Counted from the stretch's first letter, positions 38,808 to 48,798 are shown. The stretch: DNA of 64,000 nucleotides from Longimicrobiales bacterium (GCA_965248195.1 CBDFIQ010000001.1:160001-224000), one strand, 5' to 3'. Numbers and translations are program-made. The notes: generated by a model from the sequence alone, not told the origin.

Positions 38808-40232
38808 ATGGAAACGTTATCGATTAGCGAGCACGTCAAGCGCGCGCGTGTCGCCCAGAAAAAGCTCGCCACCTTCGATCAAGCCCGGATCGATGACATC
38901 GTCTGCGCCGTGGCGCGGGTTGGTTATGTGAACGCCGAGCCCCTCGCGAAGTTGGCGTTCGAGGAAACCGGGCTGGGGCGATATGAAGACAAGGTCCAGA
39001 AAAACCGGCGCAAGACGTTGGGCACGCTTCGGGACCTCACAGGTGCCCAATCGATGGGTATCATCCACCGGGACGATGACAAGGGCATCACCGAGATCGC
39101 CAAACCCGTGGGCGTCGTGGGAGCACTCACTCCCGTCACGAACCCGTCGGCAACGCCCATCAACAACATGATGATCACCCTGAAGGGGGCTAATGCCGTT
39201 CTCATCGCACCCCATCCGAAGGCGGACCGGACGTGCGCGGAGCTCATCCGCCTGGTGCATCTCGAGTTGGAACGGCTCGGCGCTCCCAAAGATGCCGTGC
39301 AGCACGTGAGCCTGCGGGCGGAAGACAAAGAAGCGAGCAAAGCTCGTTCGCAGGAGCTCATGCGCGAAGTCGACATCGTCCTCGTCACCGCCGGCCCCGC
39401 GAATGTGGCAGCGGGATACCGGAGCGGAACACCGGCCCTCGGCGTGGGCCGGGGCAACGTACCGGTGATCATCGACGAAACGGCTGACGTTGACGCGGCA
39501 TGCGACCGCATCGTGGCAAGCGCCACCTTCGACAACGCTACGAGCTGTTCCTCGGAGAACGCGCTCCTCCTCGAGGACAGCATTTACAACGAGACCGTAG
39601 CAGCGCTCACGGAGCGCGGTGGCTATCTCGCTACCGAAACCGAGAAGTCGTCGCTTCGAACGGCCCTCTGGACACGAGGGCGTGTCAACCGCGACACGGT
39701 CGCCCAACCTGCGGCGAAGCTCCTAAAGCTTGCGGGGATTCACCTCGAAGCGCCCGAAGGGGCCCGCTTCATCATGGTCGAAGAGGATGGCGTGGGCGAA
39801 GAGTTCCCCTTCTCGGGGGAAAAGATCGCTCCCGTCGTCGCTCTCTACAAATGGCACGGGTTCGATCAAGCCTTGGATCTCGTAGAGCGTATCCTGGACT
39901 ACCAGGGGAAAGGTCACTCCTGTGGCATCCACTCCACCGACGACGGGCACATCGACGAGCTCGCCGCCCGAGCCGATGTCTGTCGGGTCCTCGTGAATCA
40001 AGCCCATTGCATCGGAAACGGTGGGGACTTCGAAAACGGCCTGGACTTCACCCTCTCCCTGGCCGCGGGGACCTGGGGCGGCAATAGCGTCTCCGACAAC
40101 ATTACTTATAGGCATTTCTTGAACGTGACCCGTGTGGCACGACCGATTCCGAAACGAGTGCCGACCGAACAAGATCTGTGGGGCGACTATCTCCGTCGCT
40201 ATCCGGATGATCCTCCGTCGCTATCCGCATGA
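38808..40232 (+). CDS. sauS: CoA-acylating aldehyde dehydrogenase, sulfoacetaldehyde dehydrogenase SauS-like
   Basis: PVGVVGALTPVTNP, catalytic FDNATSCSSEN, SGEK, GHSCGIH, GTWGGN. Family is secure; substrate is inferred. Confidence 0.7.
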   Translation: METLSISEHVKRARVAQKKLATFDQARIDDIVCAVARVGYVNAEPLAKLAFEETGLGRYEDKVQKNRRKTLGTLRDLTGAQSMGIIHRDDDKGITEIAKPVGVVGALTPVTNPSATPINNMMITLKGANAVLIAPHPKADRTCAELIRLVHLELERLGAPKDAVQHVSLRAEDKEASKARSQELMREVDIVLVTAGPANVAAGYRSGTPALGVGRGNVPVIIDETADVDAACDRIVASATFDNATSCSSENALLLEDSIYNETVAALTERGGYLATETEKSSLRTALWTRGRVNRDTVAQPAAKLLKLAGIHLEAPEGARFIMVEEDGVGEEFPFSGEKIAPVVALYKWHGFDQALDLVERILDYQGKGHSCGIHSTDDGHIDELAARADVCRVLVNQAHCIGNGGDFENGLDFTLSLAAGTWGGNSVSDNITYRHFLNVTRVARPIPKRVPTEQDLWGDYLRRYPDDPPSLSA

Positions 40233-40259
40233 TCCGGCGGTCCAATCGTCACTGAGTCC

Positions 40260-41390
40260 ATGAATCTCGACGAACACGCGGCCAAGACGCTTCTGCAAGA
40301 CGAAGGCGTTGCCATCCCTAGAGGCGGCATCGCACGAAGTGTGGAGGAGACAGGCAGGCTGGCGGAGGAGCTCGGCGGCGAGGTCGTGCTCAAGGCGCTC
40401 GTTCCCATGGGAAAGCGCGGTAAATCCGGCCTCGTGCGCTTGGCGGCCGACGCGCCTCAAGCACGCGAGCAAGCCTCCTTGCTCTTCGGTGCAGACGCCG
40501 CGGGCCACCCCGTCGAAGCACTGCGCGTGGAAGAGCGCGTTTCCATCGCTTCAGAGTTGTACCTTGCCGTCGTCAACGATGCACGCGCTCGCGCGCCCCG
40601 ACTCCTTTTTTCCACAGAAGGAGGCATGGAAATCGAAGAGCTCCATGCGGAGCGTCCCGAGCTGGTTTTCGAGCTCGTGATCGACCCGCGACACGGCCTG
40701 GGCTCGGCGGAGCTCGACGCCTTGCTGGCGCCGTCCGGACTCGACACCGCCGTCGCCGGCAAACTCCACGCACTTTTGCAAAAACTCTACGGGCTCTTCA
40801 GCCAATGGGATGCCGAGCTGCTCGAGCTCAATCCTCTTGCGCTCGACACGACGGGCGATCTGGTGGCGCTCGACTGCAAGCTGACCATCGATGACGCGTC
40901 GCTCTATCGGCAACCCAATCTTCCCGAGGCAAGCCGCACCGGCACCGAGCTCGAAAGACGCGCCCAGGAAGCCGGCCTTTTCTATATCGAGCTCGACGGC
41001 GAGGTGGGGGTTCTCGCCAATGGCGCCGGACTGACCATGTCCACTCTGGATACGGTCGCCTTTTACGGCGGCAAGGCGGCCAACTTCATGGAGATCGGCG
41101 GGGACGCCTACCACAAAGCGACCGAAGCGCTTGCTATCGTTCTTGGCAACCCGCGGGTCAAGAGCTTGCTCGTGAATCTGTGCGGCGCCTACGCTCGCAC
41201 GGACGTGATGATGGAGGGTCTTCTCGAGGGATGGAAGAAGCTGAAGCCCAACATACCAGTTTCATTCTCCATACACGGCACGGGTGAGGAGCGCGCCATC
41301 GAGCTCCTTCGCGACGGGCTTGGCATCGAGCCGCACGACGCCATGGACGACGCCGTACGACAAGCCATCCACATGGCGGCGACGCGATGA
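40260..41390 (+). CDS. sucC: ADP-forming acyl-CoA ligase beta subunit (SucC family, divergent)
   Basis: MNLDEHAAK, GKRGKSG, EGGMEIE, ELNPL, NGAGL and ANFMEIGG motifs. Symbol is family-level only. Confidence 0.85.
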   Translation: MNLDEHAAKTLLQDEGVAIPRGGIARSVEETGRLAEELGGEVVLKALVPMGKRGKSGLVRLAADAPQAREQASLLFGADAAGHPVEALRVEERVSIASELYLAVVNDARARAPRLLFSTEGGMEIEELHAERPELVFELVIDPRHGLGSAELDALLAPSGLDTAVAGKLHALLQKLYGLFSQWDAELLELNPLALDTTGDLVALDCKLTIDDASLYRQPNLPEASRTGTELERRAQEAGLFYIELDGEVGVLANGAGLTMSTLDTVAFYGGKAANFMEIGGDAYHKATEALAIVLGNPRVKSLLVNLCGAYARTDVMMEGLLEGWKKLKPNIPVSFSIHGTGEERAIELLRDGLGIEPHDAMDDAVRQAIHMAATR

Positions 41391-42259
41391 GCTTTTCCGA
41401 GCACCCTCGCGTGCTGGTTCAGGGGATCACCGGTCACGAAGCGAGCTTCTGGACCGAGCGTATGATCGCCTGCGGCACCGAAGTCGTCGCCGGTGTCACA
41501 CCCGGCAAAGGGGGGCGCACCGTTCACGGTGTGCCCGTGTACGGCTCCATCGCGGAGATTCCGCCCGAGCGCGCTCCGGACACGAGTGTGTTGTTCGTGC
41601 CGCCTCGCGCCGTAAAAGCGGCGGCTCTCGAAGCCGTCAAGTATGGCATCCAGCGCATCGCGATTTTGACCGAGCACGTTCCCATCCACGACGTCATGCA
41701 GATTCACGCCGAAGCCCACGAGCAGGGCGTCACTGTTCTCGGCCCCAACTCCCCTGGGCTCGTATTTCCCGAGCGCTCCTTCCTCGGCATCCTCCCTGCC
41801 TGGGAGCCGCGGATCTTCAAACGCGGCTCGGTCGGCGTCGTTTCGCGAAGCGGAAGCCTAGGAACGCTGGCCTGCGTGAATCTCGTGCGGGCTGGACTGG
41901 GGCAATCCGCGTTTTTTGGCATAGGAGGTGATCCGATGGTAGGTATGCGCTTCATCGATGCGCTTCGCTGGTTCGAGAGGGACGAGGGCACCCGCGCCGT
42001 CGCTCTTATCGGCGAGATCGGCGGCAGCATGGAAGAGGACGCCGCCCCGTTCATCGCAGAGATGACCAAGCCGGTCGTGGCGTTCATTGCGGGGAGGAGC
42101 GCGCCACCCGGTAGGCGGATGGGCCACGCTGGAGCCATCATCGCAGGCGCTAGGGGAACCGCAGCGTCCAAACGCTCGGCACTCGAAGCATCGGGAGCCC
42201 GGCTCGCGGACGTGCCATCTCAGCTGAGCGAGATAGCTCGAACGTTAGTGGCAACTTGA
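41387..42259 (+). CDS. sucD: ADP-forming acyl-CoA ligase alpha subunit (SucD family)
   Basis: VQGITG, GVTPGKGG, GPNSPG, SRSG, GIGGD, GEIGG and the phospho-His motif RMGHAGA. Symbol is family-level only. Confidence 0.9.
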   Translation: MSFSEHPRVLVQGITGHEASFWTERMIACGTEVVAGVTPGKGGRTVHGVPVYGSIAEIPPERAPDTSVLFVPPRAVKAAALEAVKYGIQRIAILTEHVPIHDVMQIHAEAHEQGVTVLGPNSPGLVFPERSFLGILPAWEPRIFKRGSVGVVSRSGSLGTLACVNLVRAGLGQSAFFGIGGDPMVGMRFIDALRWFERDEGTRAVALIGEIGGSMEEDAAPFIAEMTKPVVAFIAGRSAPPGRRMGHAGAIIAGARGTAASKRSALEASGARLADVPSQLSEIARTLVAT

Positions 42260-43176
42260 TGAGGAAGCCCACAGTCTTGAAGCCGATGGACATGACCACT
42301 GCCGAAGCGCTGCTGAAAGAAGCGAAACAGGTCCTGGATCGACACGGAGTGGTCTTCTTCCTGCGCCATGGCACATGTCTGGGCGCTGTGAGGGATAACG
42401 CCTTCATCCAGTGGGACGATGACGTGGACATCGGTTCGGTGATCGGCCTGCATGGTCTTACCGAGGGATTGGTGCGTAGTGTAGTGGACGTGTTCAGGGA
42501 GCACGGGTTCGACGCGAGAATCCAAGAGAACGAACTTCATGTGAGTGTTGATCTGAAGAAATCCGGCACCCAGATGGACTGGACCTGCTATCGAGTCATT
42601 GACGACAGCATTTATCAGTGGCCGCTCGTTCAAATCCCCGTAAGCCTGCACACGGAGCTGAAAGAGATCGATTTCCTTGGCGAGAAATTCTTGGTTCCGA
42701 ATCCGCCCGAGCAATACCTCAGGCTCAAGTACGGTAAGGAATGGATGATTCCAAAGAAAGCGGGCGGGTTCGAACAGGAAGTCCTGGATCTTATGGCCGA
42801 GACGACTCTTCCCATTACTTCCGATGGGATCGTGGGCCTGGCCAACAAACTCGACCCTCAACGGCACACTGGCCGTCTCAAGGTCCTCGATCTCGAGGGT
42901 CGTCCGGTCGAGGGGGCCGAGGTCTCGTTAGCCGCCACGACCGTCCTGACAGGGCTGGAAAGGGCAAAAACCAAAAAAGACGGATATGTCTACTTCAGCC
43001 TGCCTCATGCAGCCGGATACGTCGTCGCCGTCCAATATGGAGATCACAAGGAGATTCTCTATTTTGAGCACCTCGCACCTGGTGTTGACTACGTCTACAA
43101 ACCGGATTCCCAGAATCCCGCGGGCAGAGCGGACGCCCTGATTGCTGAACAGGGTGACCAAAGCTTCGATCGATAG
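42259..43176 (+). CDS. LicD-family phosphotransferase with extra C-terminal beta domain
   Basis: GTCLGAVRD..FIQWDDDVDI and VPNPPEQYLRLKYGKEW motifs. TGATG overlap with the sucD-like gene. Confidence 0.88.
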   Translation: MRKPTVLKPMDMTTAEALLKEAKQVLDRHGVVFFLRHGTCLGAVRDNAFIQWDDDVDIGSVIGLHGLTEGLVRSVVDVFREHGFDARIQENELHVSVDLKKSGTQMDWTCYRVIDDSIYQWPLVQIPVSLHTELKEIDFLGEKFLVPNPPEQYLRLKYGKEWMIPKKAGGFEQEVLDLMAETTLPITSDGIVGLANKLDPQRHTGRLKVLDLEGRPVEGAEVSLAATTVLTGLERAKTKKDGYVYFSLPHAAGYVVAVQYGDHKEILYFEHLAPGVDYVYKPDSQNPAGRADALIAEQGDQSFDR

Positions 43177-43214
43177 CGTATAGACTCAAGCCGGGAGAAC
43201 TGGAAATCACGCGC

Positions 43215-43622
43215 GTGTACGTCGATATGGTGGCCGATCTGTTCCATTACGGTCACGTGAATTTCCTGCGGCAGGCGAGAGAATGCGGTGACTACCTCTT
43301 GGTGGGTGTTCACGCCGATGAAACGGTGATGACTTACAAGCGCCGCCCGATACTCTCAATGGAGGAGCGCGTGGCTTCGGTCGAAGGCTGTCGCTACGTC
43401 GATGAAGTAGTATCCAATGCACCACTCATGATCGAACGTGACTGGATCAAACAGCACGATATCGACCTGATCGTGCACGGAGACGATGTTCCCGGCGAGA
43501 TGGAAGAACGCTGGTACAAAATTCCGATCGAGATGGGCATTTACCGCTCGGTGGCTTACACACCCGGGATCTCCACGACCGACATCATCGCCAGAATCAG
43601 GGAGGAGTTCTCCGATGATTAA
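43215..43622 (+). CDS. Cytidylyltransferase (HIGH family, TagD/choline-phosphate CT-like)
   Basis: DLFHYGH, LLVGVH, YKRRP, CRYVDEV, VHGDD and GISTT motifs. Start may be 43206. Confidence 0.9.
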   Translation: MYVDMVADLFHYGHVNFLRQARECGDYLLVGVHADETVMTYKRRPILSMEERVASVEGCRYVDEVVSNAPLMIERDWIKQHDIDLIVHGDDVPGEMEERWYKIPIEMGIYRSVAYTPGISTTDIIARIREEFSDD

Positions 43623-43703
43623 TGGCCATGCCGAGTGTCAGGGCGGCGGCGAGTGCCAACCTTCGCGCGCCTGCCACCCCCAACGGCTGGCGTCGGCGCC
43701 TAG

Positions 43704-44969
43704 TCACGGCGCCTGCTTCTGGGGGATGACGAGGCTACCGCTGAATCCGACGAGGGCCGCCATCGCGAAGACCACAGCCTGTCCTGTCGCTACCACGGGT
43801 TGGTAACCCGTCACGTTGATCCCGACGGCGTAGGCCACAGTGGCGATGAGACCGAGCAGCATCCCGCTACCGAGGTAGGGGAGATATGCGGGGCCCGGCG
43901 CAGACGCCTCCGCTCCTCGTTTCTTGAGCGCCCACGCGGCGGTCCCACCGACGGCACCGCCGATCAAAGCTATCGTGAGGAAGAACCAGGGAAACACGAA
44001 TTCCACGGTAGTCTGCACGTTCTGGAACGCGACGCTTCTGGCCGTCACGGTGGACGTGCCCACCCAGTAGGACCGGATCGACGTTCGGCCGGTCCCGTCA
44101 GCGCTCAGTCTGACCTCACTATCTACCAGATTGCCGTGGTCCGCAGCCAACTGCACAGCCGCCCCCGTTCCCGAAGGCGCGGGACCGAGCGTCAGCGTCG
44201 CTTGTTCCAGGCCCATGCCTTGCACTCGCGTCGGGGAGGCTTCGAGTATCAGCTCGTCTCGGTCGATCGGGATCTCGATGTCAACTCCGTCAGGGTGGAG
44301 TGTCGTCCTCACGTTGAGTAGCAGATTCGTCCCCGGCGTGGCTTCCTCGAGCGAAACGGCCGCGAACGGCAAGTTCGTATGACCGATCGAAAGATCTTGA
44401 GGCGTGATCGCATCCGCGCTGCCCGTGACCAGGAACGAGATCGTGTCAGGCAGATTCACGGAGCCGGCTCGCTGAAGGCTGTCTTCAACGCCGATGCGGA
44501 TGGAGCCTCGAAAGGTCCCGTCTCCTGCGTCGTAGCGCAGCCCACCGCCCTCGACTATGACGACCGGAACCAGCAACATGCCAACCCCGGCGTCGGTCTC
44601 CAGGAATGCACGATCCGGCAGGACGATGCGGGCGCCCGCACCGCGGCTGGGTGGAGCGACCACCGCAGAGTCGGCAACACGAACCGCGATGAGGACACCC
44701 TGCGGGAGGATGCTGTCGGTCGCAATCTGAGCTTGCAAACCGTCCCGCGAGACGGCGCCCTGGACCCCGACTCGCAACGAATCCAGGAAGTACGCTTCAA
44801 CTCCGAAGCGCTCTATCGTGCGTCGAATTTGCGCATCCAGCGGCGCTCCCACGCCGAGCAAGCCTACAGACGAGACCAGTATGGATAATAGCCCCCGTCG
44901 TAATCCCCGGGATCGCCATCTGATGGCTGTACTCCAAGGCATCGTCCCCCCTCTCCTATTTGGATACAA
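43704..44969 (-). CDS. Hypothetical protein with signal peptide, Ig-like domains and C-terminal TM helices
   Basis: Signal peptide ending LDA-Q, beta-rich middle, about 3 hydrophobic C-terminal segments. Confidence 0.65.
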   Translation of the reverse strand: MYPNRRGGTMPWSTAIRWRSRGLRRGLLSILVSSVGLLGVGAPLDAQIRRTIERFGVEAYFLDSLRVGVQGAVSRDGLQAQIATDSILPQGVLIAVRVADSAVVAPPSRGAGARIVLPDRAFLETDAGVGMLLVPVVIVEGGGLRYDAGDGTFRGSIRIGVEDSLQRAGSVNLPDTISFLVTGSADAITPQDLSIGHTNLPFAAVSLEEATPGTNLLLNVRTTLHPDGVDIEIPIDRDELILEASPTRVQGMGLEQATLTLGPAPSGTGAAVQLAADHGNLVDSEVRLSADGTGRTSIRSYWVGTSTVTARSVAFQNVQTTVEFVFPWFFLTIALIGGAVGGTAAWALKKRGAEASAPGPAYLPYLGSGMLLGLIATVAYAVGINVTGYQPVVATGQAVVFAMAALVGFSGSLVIPQKQAP

Positions 44970-45319
44970 TGGCCATGCGACTGCTCCTGGTCCTTGTGCG
45001 GAGACGCGAGCCGCACCGGTCCCGCCGAGGTGAGGTCGGCGCCGCGCGCTGGGGGGGCATGGAGCGTGCGCGCGTTGTGATCACCGACCCGCCGCGTGCC
45101 AAAAATGTGCCGACACCAGCTTTGTCACAAGGGGCCAGGGGGTCGCCGGTTCGAACCGAGCGCCACAGAGCCCTCGAAGACCCATACGTCCTCCGTGAGA
45201 CGAGCGAAGGTTGCCGAAGGCGACCGAAGCTCAATCCGGCCGTCCCGATTGAGGAAGCAGCCGTCCAGAATGTGCATTACCTCGTCGCGGTCGGTTTCAC
45301 CGCGGGCGACGAGCTGCGG

Positions 45320-46351
45320 TCACGCGAACGCCACTAGCTCCAACGGTTCTGACTTCCCACGCAGCGTCACGGAGCCCATCTCCTCGGCCGTCCATCCCTT
45401 CGGTAGAGTCAAGCGTGCGAAGAGATCGGCGGACGACACGAGGCGCCTTCCAAGCCGGGCACACTCTCCTTGAATCCGGGCGCCCGTGTTGAGCACGTCG
45501 CCGTTGAAGACGAGCCCCCTCTTCAGATCTCCGATCTCCGCAGTCATTACCTCCCCCACGTGCACCCCGGCCTTGTACTCCGGCACGACGCCGAATCGGT
45601 CCAGGTAACGCTGCCTCTTCTTTTGGATGGTCGAATCGATGTCGAAGAACACTCGGAGGCAGTTCGCATCCTTGATCCCCCTCTCCTCCCTCCAGGTGAG
45701 TACGACTTCGTCTCCGACGTACTCGTAGATCTCACCGCCATTGTCGAGTACCGGCCCGGAGATGTCCCTGAAGAACTCGTTGATGAAAGCGAGGTAGGCC
45801 TCGTGGCCCAACTGTTCTGCGAGAGACGTAGAGGACTTGATGTCGAGGAACATGAAGATGCGGGCCTCTCGGCGAGGCCGGTGATATCGGCCCAGCAGGT
45901 AGCGCAACAGCACGCCGGGACCGAACAGCCGATTGAGTTGCCGGAAGAACACGATGACCACGTAGAGAACGAAGCCGGCTCCCACTTGGAGGTAGAAGCC
46001 CGGCTCGGTGAATGACGCCCAGAAGTCCTCCATCGTCAGGCCCGCCATCAAACCGTAGGTGAGGCCGATCGACTGGAATACGACGACGAGGCATGCGATG
46101 TACGTGAGGGACTTCACCAAGACCGCCACCGAGAAGGGCAGACGTCTCATCCGCTCGTCGAACTTGGACTCCTCCAGCAACGCCAGGGGCATGGCGAGGG
46201 CGATCCCGATGACGAGACCGATGACCGAAACGATCCCCGTATCGATGAACTCGTAACTGAGGGAGACGGGAATGCAGACCATCATGATCAGGATGGCGGT
46301 TCTGAGCCGGCGGGCGGTATTCGCTGTCATGATAGCCTCGGACTGGGACAA
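45320..46351 (-). CDS. Membrane-anchored class III adenylate/guanylate cyclase (paralogue of 1-783)
   Basis: Four TM segments, FMFLDIKSST, YVGDEV, GDVLNTGARIQ, LRGK. Confidence 0.92.
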   Translation of the reverse strand: MSQSEAIMTANTARRLRTAILIMMVCIPVSLSYEFIDTGIVSVIGLVIGIALAMPLALLEESKFDERMRRLPFSVAVLVKSLTYIACLVVVFQSIGLTYGLMAGLTMEDFWASFTEPGFYLQVGAGFVLYVVIVFFRQLNRLFGPGVLLRYLLGRYHRPRREARIFMFLDIKSSTSLAEQLGHEAYLAFINEFFRDISGPVLDNGGEIYEYVGDEVVLTWREERGIKDANCLRVFFDIDSTIQKKRQRYLDRFGVVPEYKAGVHVGEVMTAEIGDLKRGLVFNGDVLNTGARIQGECARLGRRLVSSADLFARLTLPKGWTAEEMGSVTLRGKSEPLELVAFA

Positions 46352-46543
46352 ACTCTGATTCGAGTCAGACGATCGGATCAGGCTACCGCACGGAGTGCGG
46401 ATCTCGCAAACCCGGGCCCCTCCGGCATGGAGGGGGTCATGAGGGAGACGCGAGCGTAGCTCACGCAGCTCTCGCGATACACGGCTCGCCGGGGTGGTGC
46501 GGCTCAGACCGGGCGCCTAGTCTGGGGGCGTCCGAGCTGGCGC

Positions 46544-48154
46544 ATGAAAGTGCGGCGCTCTGGACTCCACCGATCCGTCACAGGGGTCATGGTCTACAAC
46601 ACAGCAACCAGAACGACGTCGATCATCAGAGCTCTAGGATGGGTCGCGATCGTGCTCTCGGCGATCCTCCTCCTTGCTGAGGGGGCCTCTCGTCTGGGTG
46701 ACTTGACTCGGGATCCGCCACCGACTGAGGTGCTCGACATTCGCTACGTCCAGCACCCGTGGCTCACGCTCTTCCACATTGTTCCAGGACTGCTGTTTCT
46801 GACGCTGGCTCCCCTGCAGTTCGTCGCCCGGATTCGGAAGCGGCGAATCGGCCTTCACCGCGGCCTAGGGCGGATCCTCGCCATCTGTGCGGCGATCAGC
46901 GGCCTCCTCGCCCTGGTCGTCAACTTCCGCTTTCCCGCCTTCGGCGGCATCAGCACTCAGGCGGCGACGGTTTTTTTCGGCGCCGTCTTTCTCTTTTCAC
47001 TGACGAAGGCGATTCGTCACATCCGGAGGAAAGAGGTAGGCCCCCATCGTGAGTGGATGATCCGAACGTTTGCTTTGGCCATGGGTGTGGCGACCATCCG
47101 GGTCTTCCTCGTGCTTCTCACGGCGCTGTCGGAGCTCAGCCTCGAGGAGGTATTCGGTGCCTCCTTCTGGCTGGGCTTCAGCGTCAATCTCCTGGTAGCG
47201 GAGGTGTGGATCAACCACACGCGGGTGGCGGAGCGGTTTACGGGCACCCGCACCCTATCGGCGAGCATAGGACTATGTTTGGTTTTCGTCGGCATCACTC
47301 CGGCTGTCCATGCTCAATCTAGACCGTCATTCTCGGCGAGTTACGACGTCTTACCTTATCAGAATTTCAAAGACCCAAGGATTGATGGCCAGCCCGCAAC
47401 CGAGTTGGGAGACGCCCAGATACTATCAAATGCAGTGACATTAAGCGCTTCCTACCCTTGGGTCTTTTCAGAGGGGAGGACAGTCCTGACGAGCGAGATC
47501 TACTACCAGCGACGCGAATTCAGCTATAAGAACTTCCCAGGCGGCGACCCCGCCCTTAACGACGTGCATGCCGTGAGCTACACGCTGATGCTGCAACATG
47601 GCCTTTCGCCACAATGGACTGTGCTGACAATGCTGACGCCGAGTCTCGCATCTGATTTTGAAGCGGGTGTTTCCAGTGACGATTTTGCCTTGCAGGCGGT
47701 TGCTATTTTTGTCCGCCAATTCAGCGAGAAGACTTCATTTGGCTTTGGGGCTGCCTATTCAACACTATTCGGTGAGCCTCTTCCGCTACCAGTCCTGGCG
47801 TTTGATTGGAACAACGGCAACAGCCTCAGTTGGAGCACCATCCTTCCGGTAGGTTCAGAGTTCTGGTATCAGTCCTCAGAAAAGCTTCAGCTCGGGCTGG
47901 TCCTCGGTTTGGACGGCAACGATTACCACGGTGATCCGGACATTTACGGCGTTACTGATCCGCGATTGCGATACTCGGTTCTGACGCTTGGCCCGTCCAC
48001 CCGCTATCGTCTTGCCGACCGGGTGCAGCTGAATGTTGAATTCGGATTCAACGGCTTTCATCGTTTTGAATTCTACGACGGGGACGATGAGCAGAATTCT
48101 TTCAATCTGAAACCATCCGTATTCCTTAGGGCGGGTTTCGTGTTTGGAGGTTAG
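46544..48154 (+). CDS. Apparent in-frame fusion of a DUF2306-like inner-membrane protein and a DUF6268-like beta-barrel protein
   Basis: N half has LHRGLGR, HREWMIR and AEVWI. An internal signal-peptide-like stretch ending VHA-Q precedes an amphipathic beta-strand domain. Start may be 46589. Confidence 0.65.
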   Translation: MKVRRSGLHRSVTGVMVYNTATRTTSIIRALGWVAIVLSAILLLAEGASRLGDLTRDPPPTEVLDIRYVQHPWLTLFHIVPGLLFLTLAPLQFVARIRKRRIGLHRGLGRILAICAAISGLLALVVNFRFPAFGGISTQAATVFFGAVFLFSLTKAIRHIRRKEVGPHREWMIRTFALAMGVATIRVFLVLLTALSELSLEEVFGASFWLGFSVNLLVAEVWINHTRVAERFTGTRTLSASIGLCLVFVGITPAVHAQSRPSFSASYDVLPYQNFKDPRIDGQPATELGDAQILSNAVTLSASYPWVFSEGRTVLTSEIYYQRREFSYKNFPGGDPALNDVHAVSYTLMLQHGLSPQWTVLTMLTPSLASDFEAGVSSDDFALQAVAIFVRQFSEKTSFGFGAAYSTLFGEPLPLPVLAFDWNNGNSLSWSTILPVGSEFWYQSSEKLQLGLVLGLDGNDYHGDPDIYGVTDPRLRYSVLTLGPSTRYRLADRVQLNVEFGFNGFHRFEFYDGDDEQNSFNLKPSVFLRAGFVFGG

Positions 48155-48281
48155 CCGGAAAGGGCGTAAGGCGTACGAGTGGAGTGGGCAACTAACGGCG
48201 ATGCGGTGATGCACGCCCCCCGGAGGTGGCCGGTGGTGGAGTTGCTGGGTTATACGATGGCCTACTGGAGGAGAAGAATCC

Positions 48282-48798
48282 TTGCTGAATTCCTCTGACC
48301 GTCAGGTCCTCCGAATTGGGGCCATTGCCGCCATGCTCGGCCCGCTGGTGCTGTTCGTTTCAACGCTCATGCATCCGCTAGAGGCCGACCCCAACGATGC
48401 AGCTGCGGCTTTCACGGAATATGCCGCCGATCGTCTTTGGGTAGGAACCCACCTTGGTCAATTCCTCGGGATGGCGATTATCGTGGCGGCGTTGGTGATG
48501 CTTTCTCGCTCACTGGAGGAAGGAAAAGCCGCGGCCTGGTCACGCATCGGCTTAGCCGGAGCAATTGCCACTCTTGCTGCCACGGCCGTGCTTCAGGCTG
48601 TCGATGGAGTGGCCCTCAAGTTCATGGTTGACCGATGGGCCGGGGCGCCGCCGGAACAACAACCAGCGATCTTTGAAGCGGCCTTTGGTGTTCGGCAAGT
48701 TGAGGCCGGGTTGGCGAGCCTGACGAGCTTGCTCTTCGCGATCACCGTGACAGTGTACGGTGTCGCCACGATTCTTAGCCCGATCTACCCCGTTTGGG
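48282..48798 (+). pseudogene. 5' part of a DUF4386-like membrane protein gene split by the composite element
   Basis: GGAGGAG RBS and TTG start. Frame continues at 60782 after removing the insert and one CGTTTGGG copy. Confidence 0.85.

Noticed and set aside
40260..42259. Housekeeping TCA succinyl-CoA synthetase
   Set aside because: Divergent motifs and no TCA neighbours. Context favours a specialised ligase, though this is not proven.
44960..45337. 125-aa plus-strand ORF between two minus-strand genes
   Set aside because: Low-complexity Arg/Pro-rich translation that overlaps both neighbours and has no motif.
48186..48257. attC site (ACTAAC..GTTATAC) before the DUF4386-like gene
   Set aside because: The inner arms are not complementary in attC geometry.
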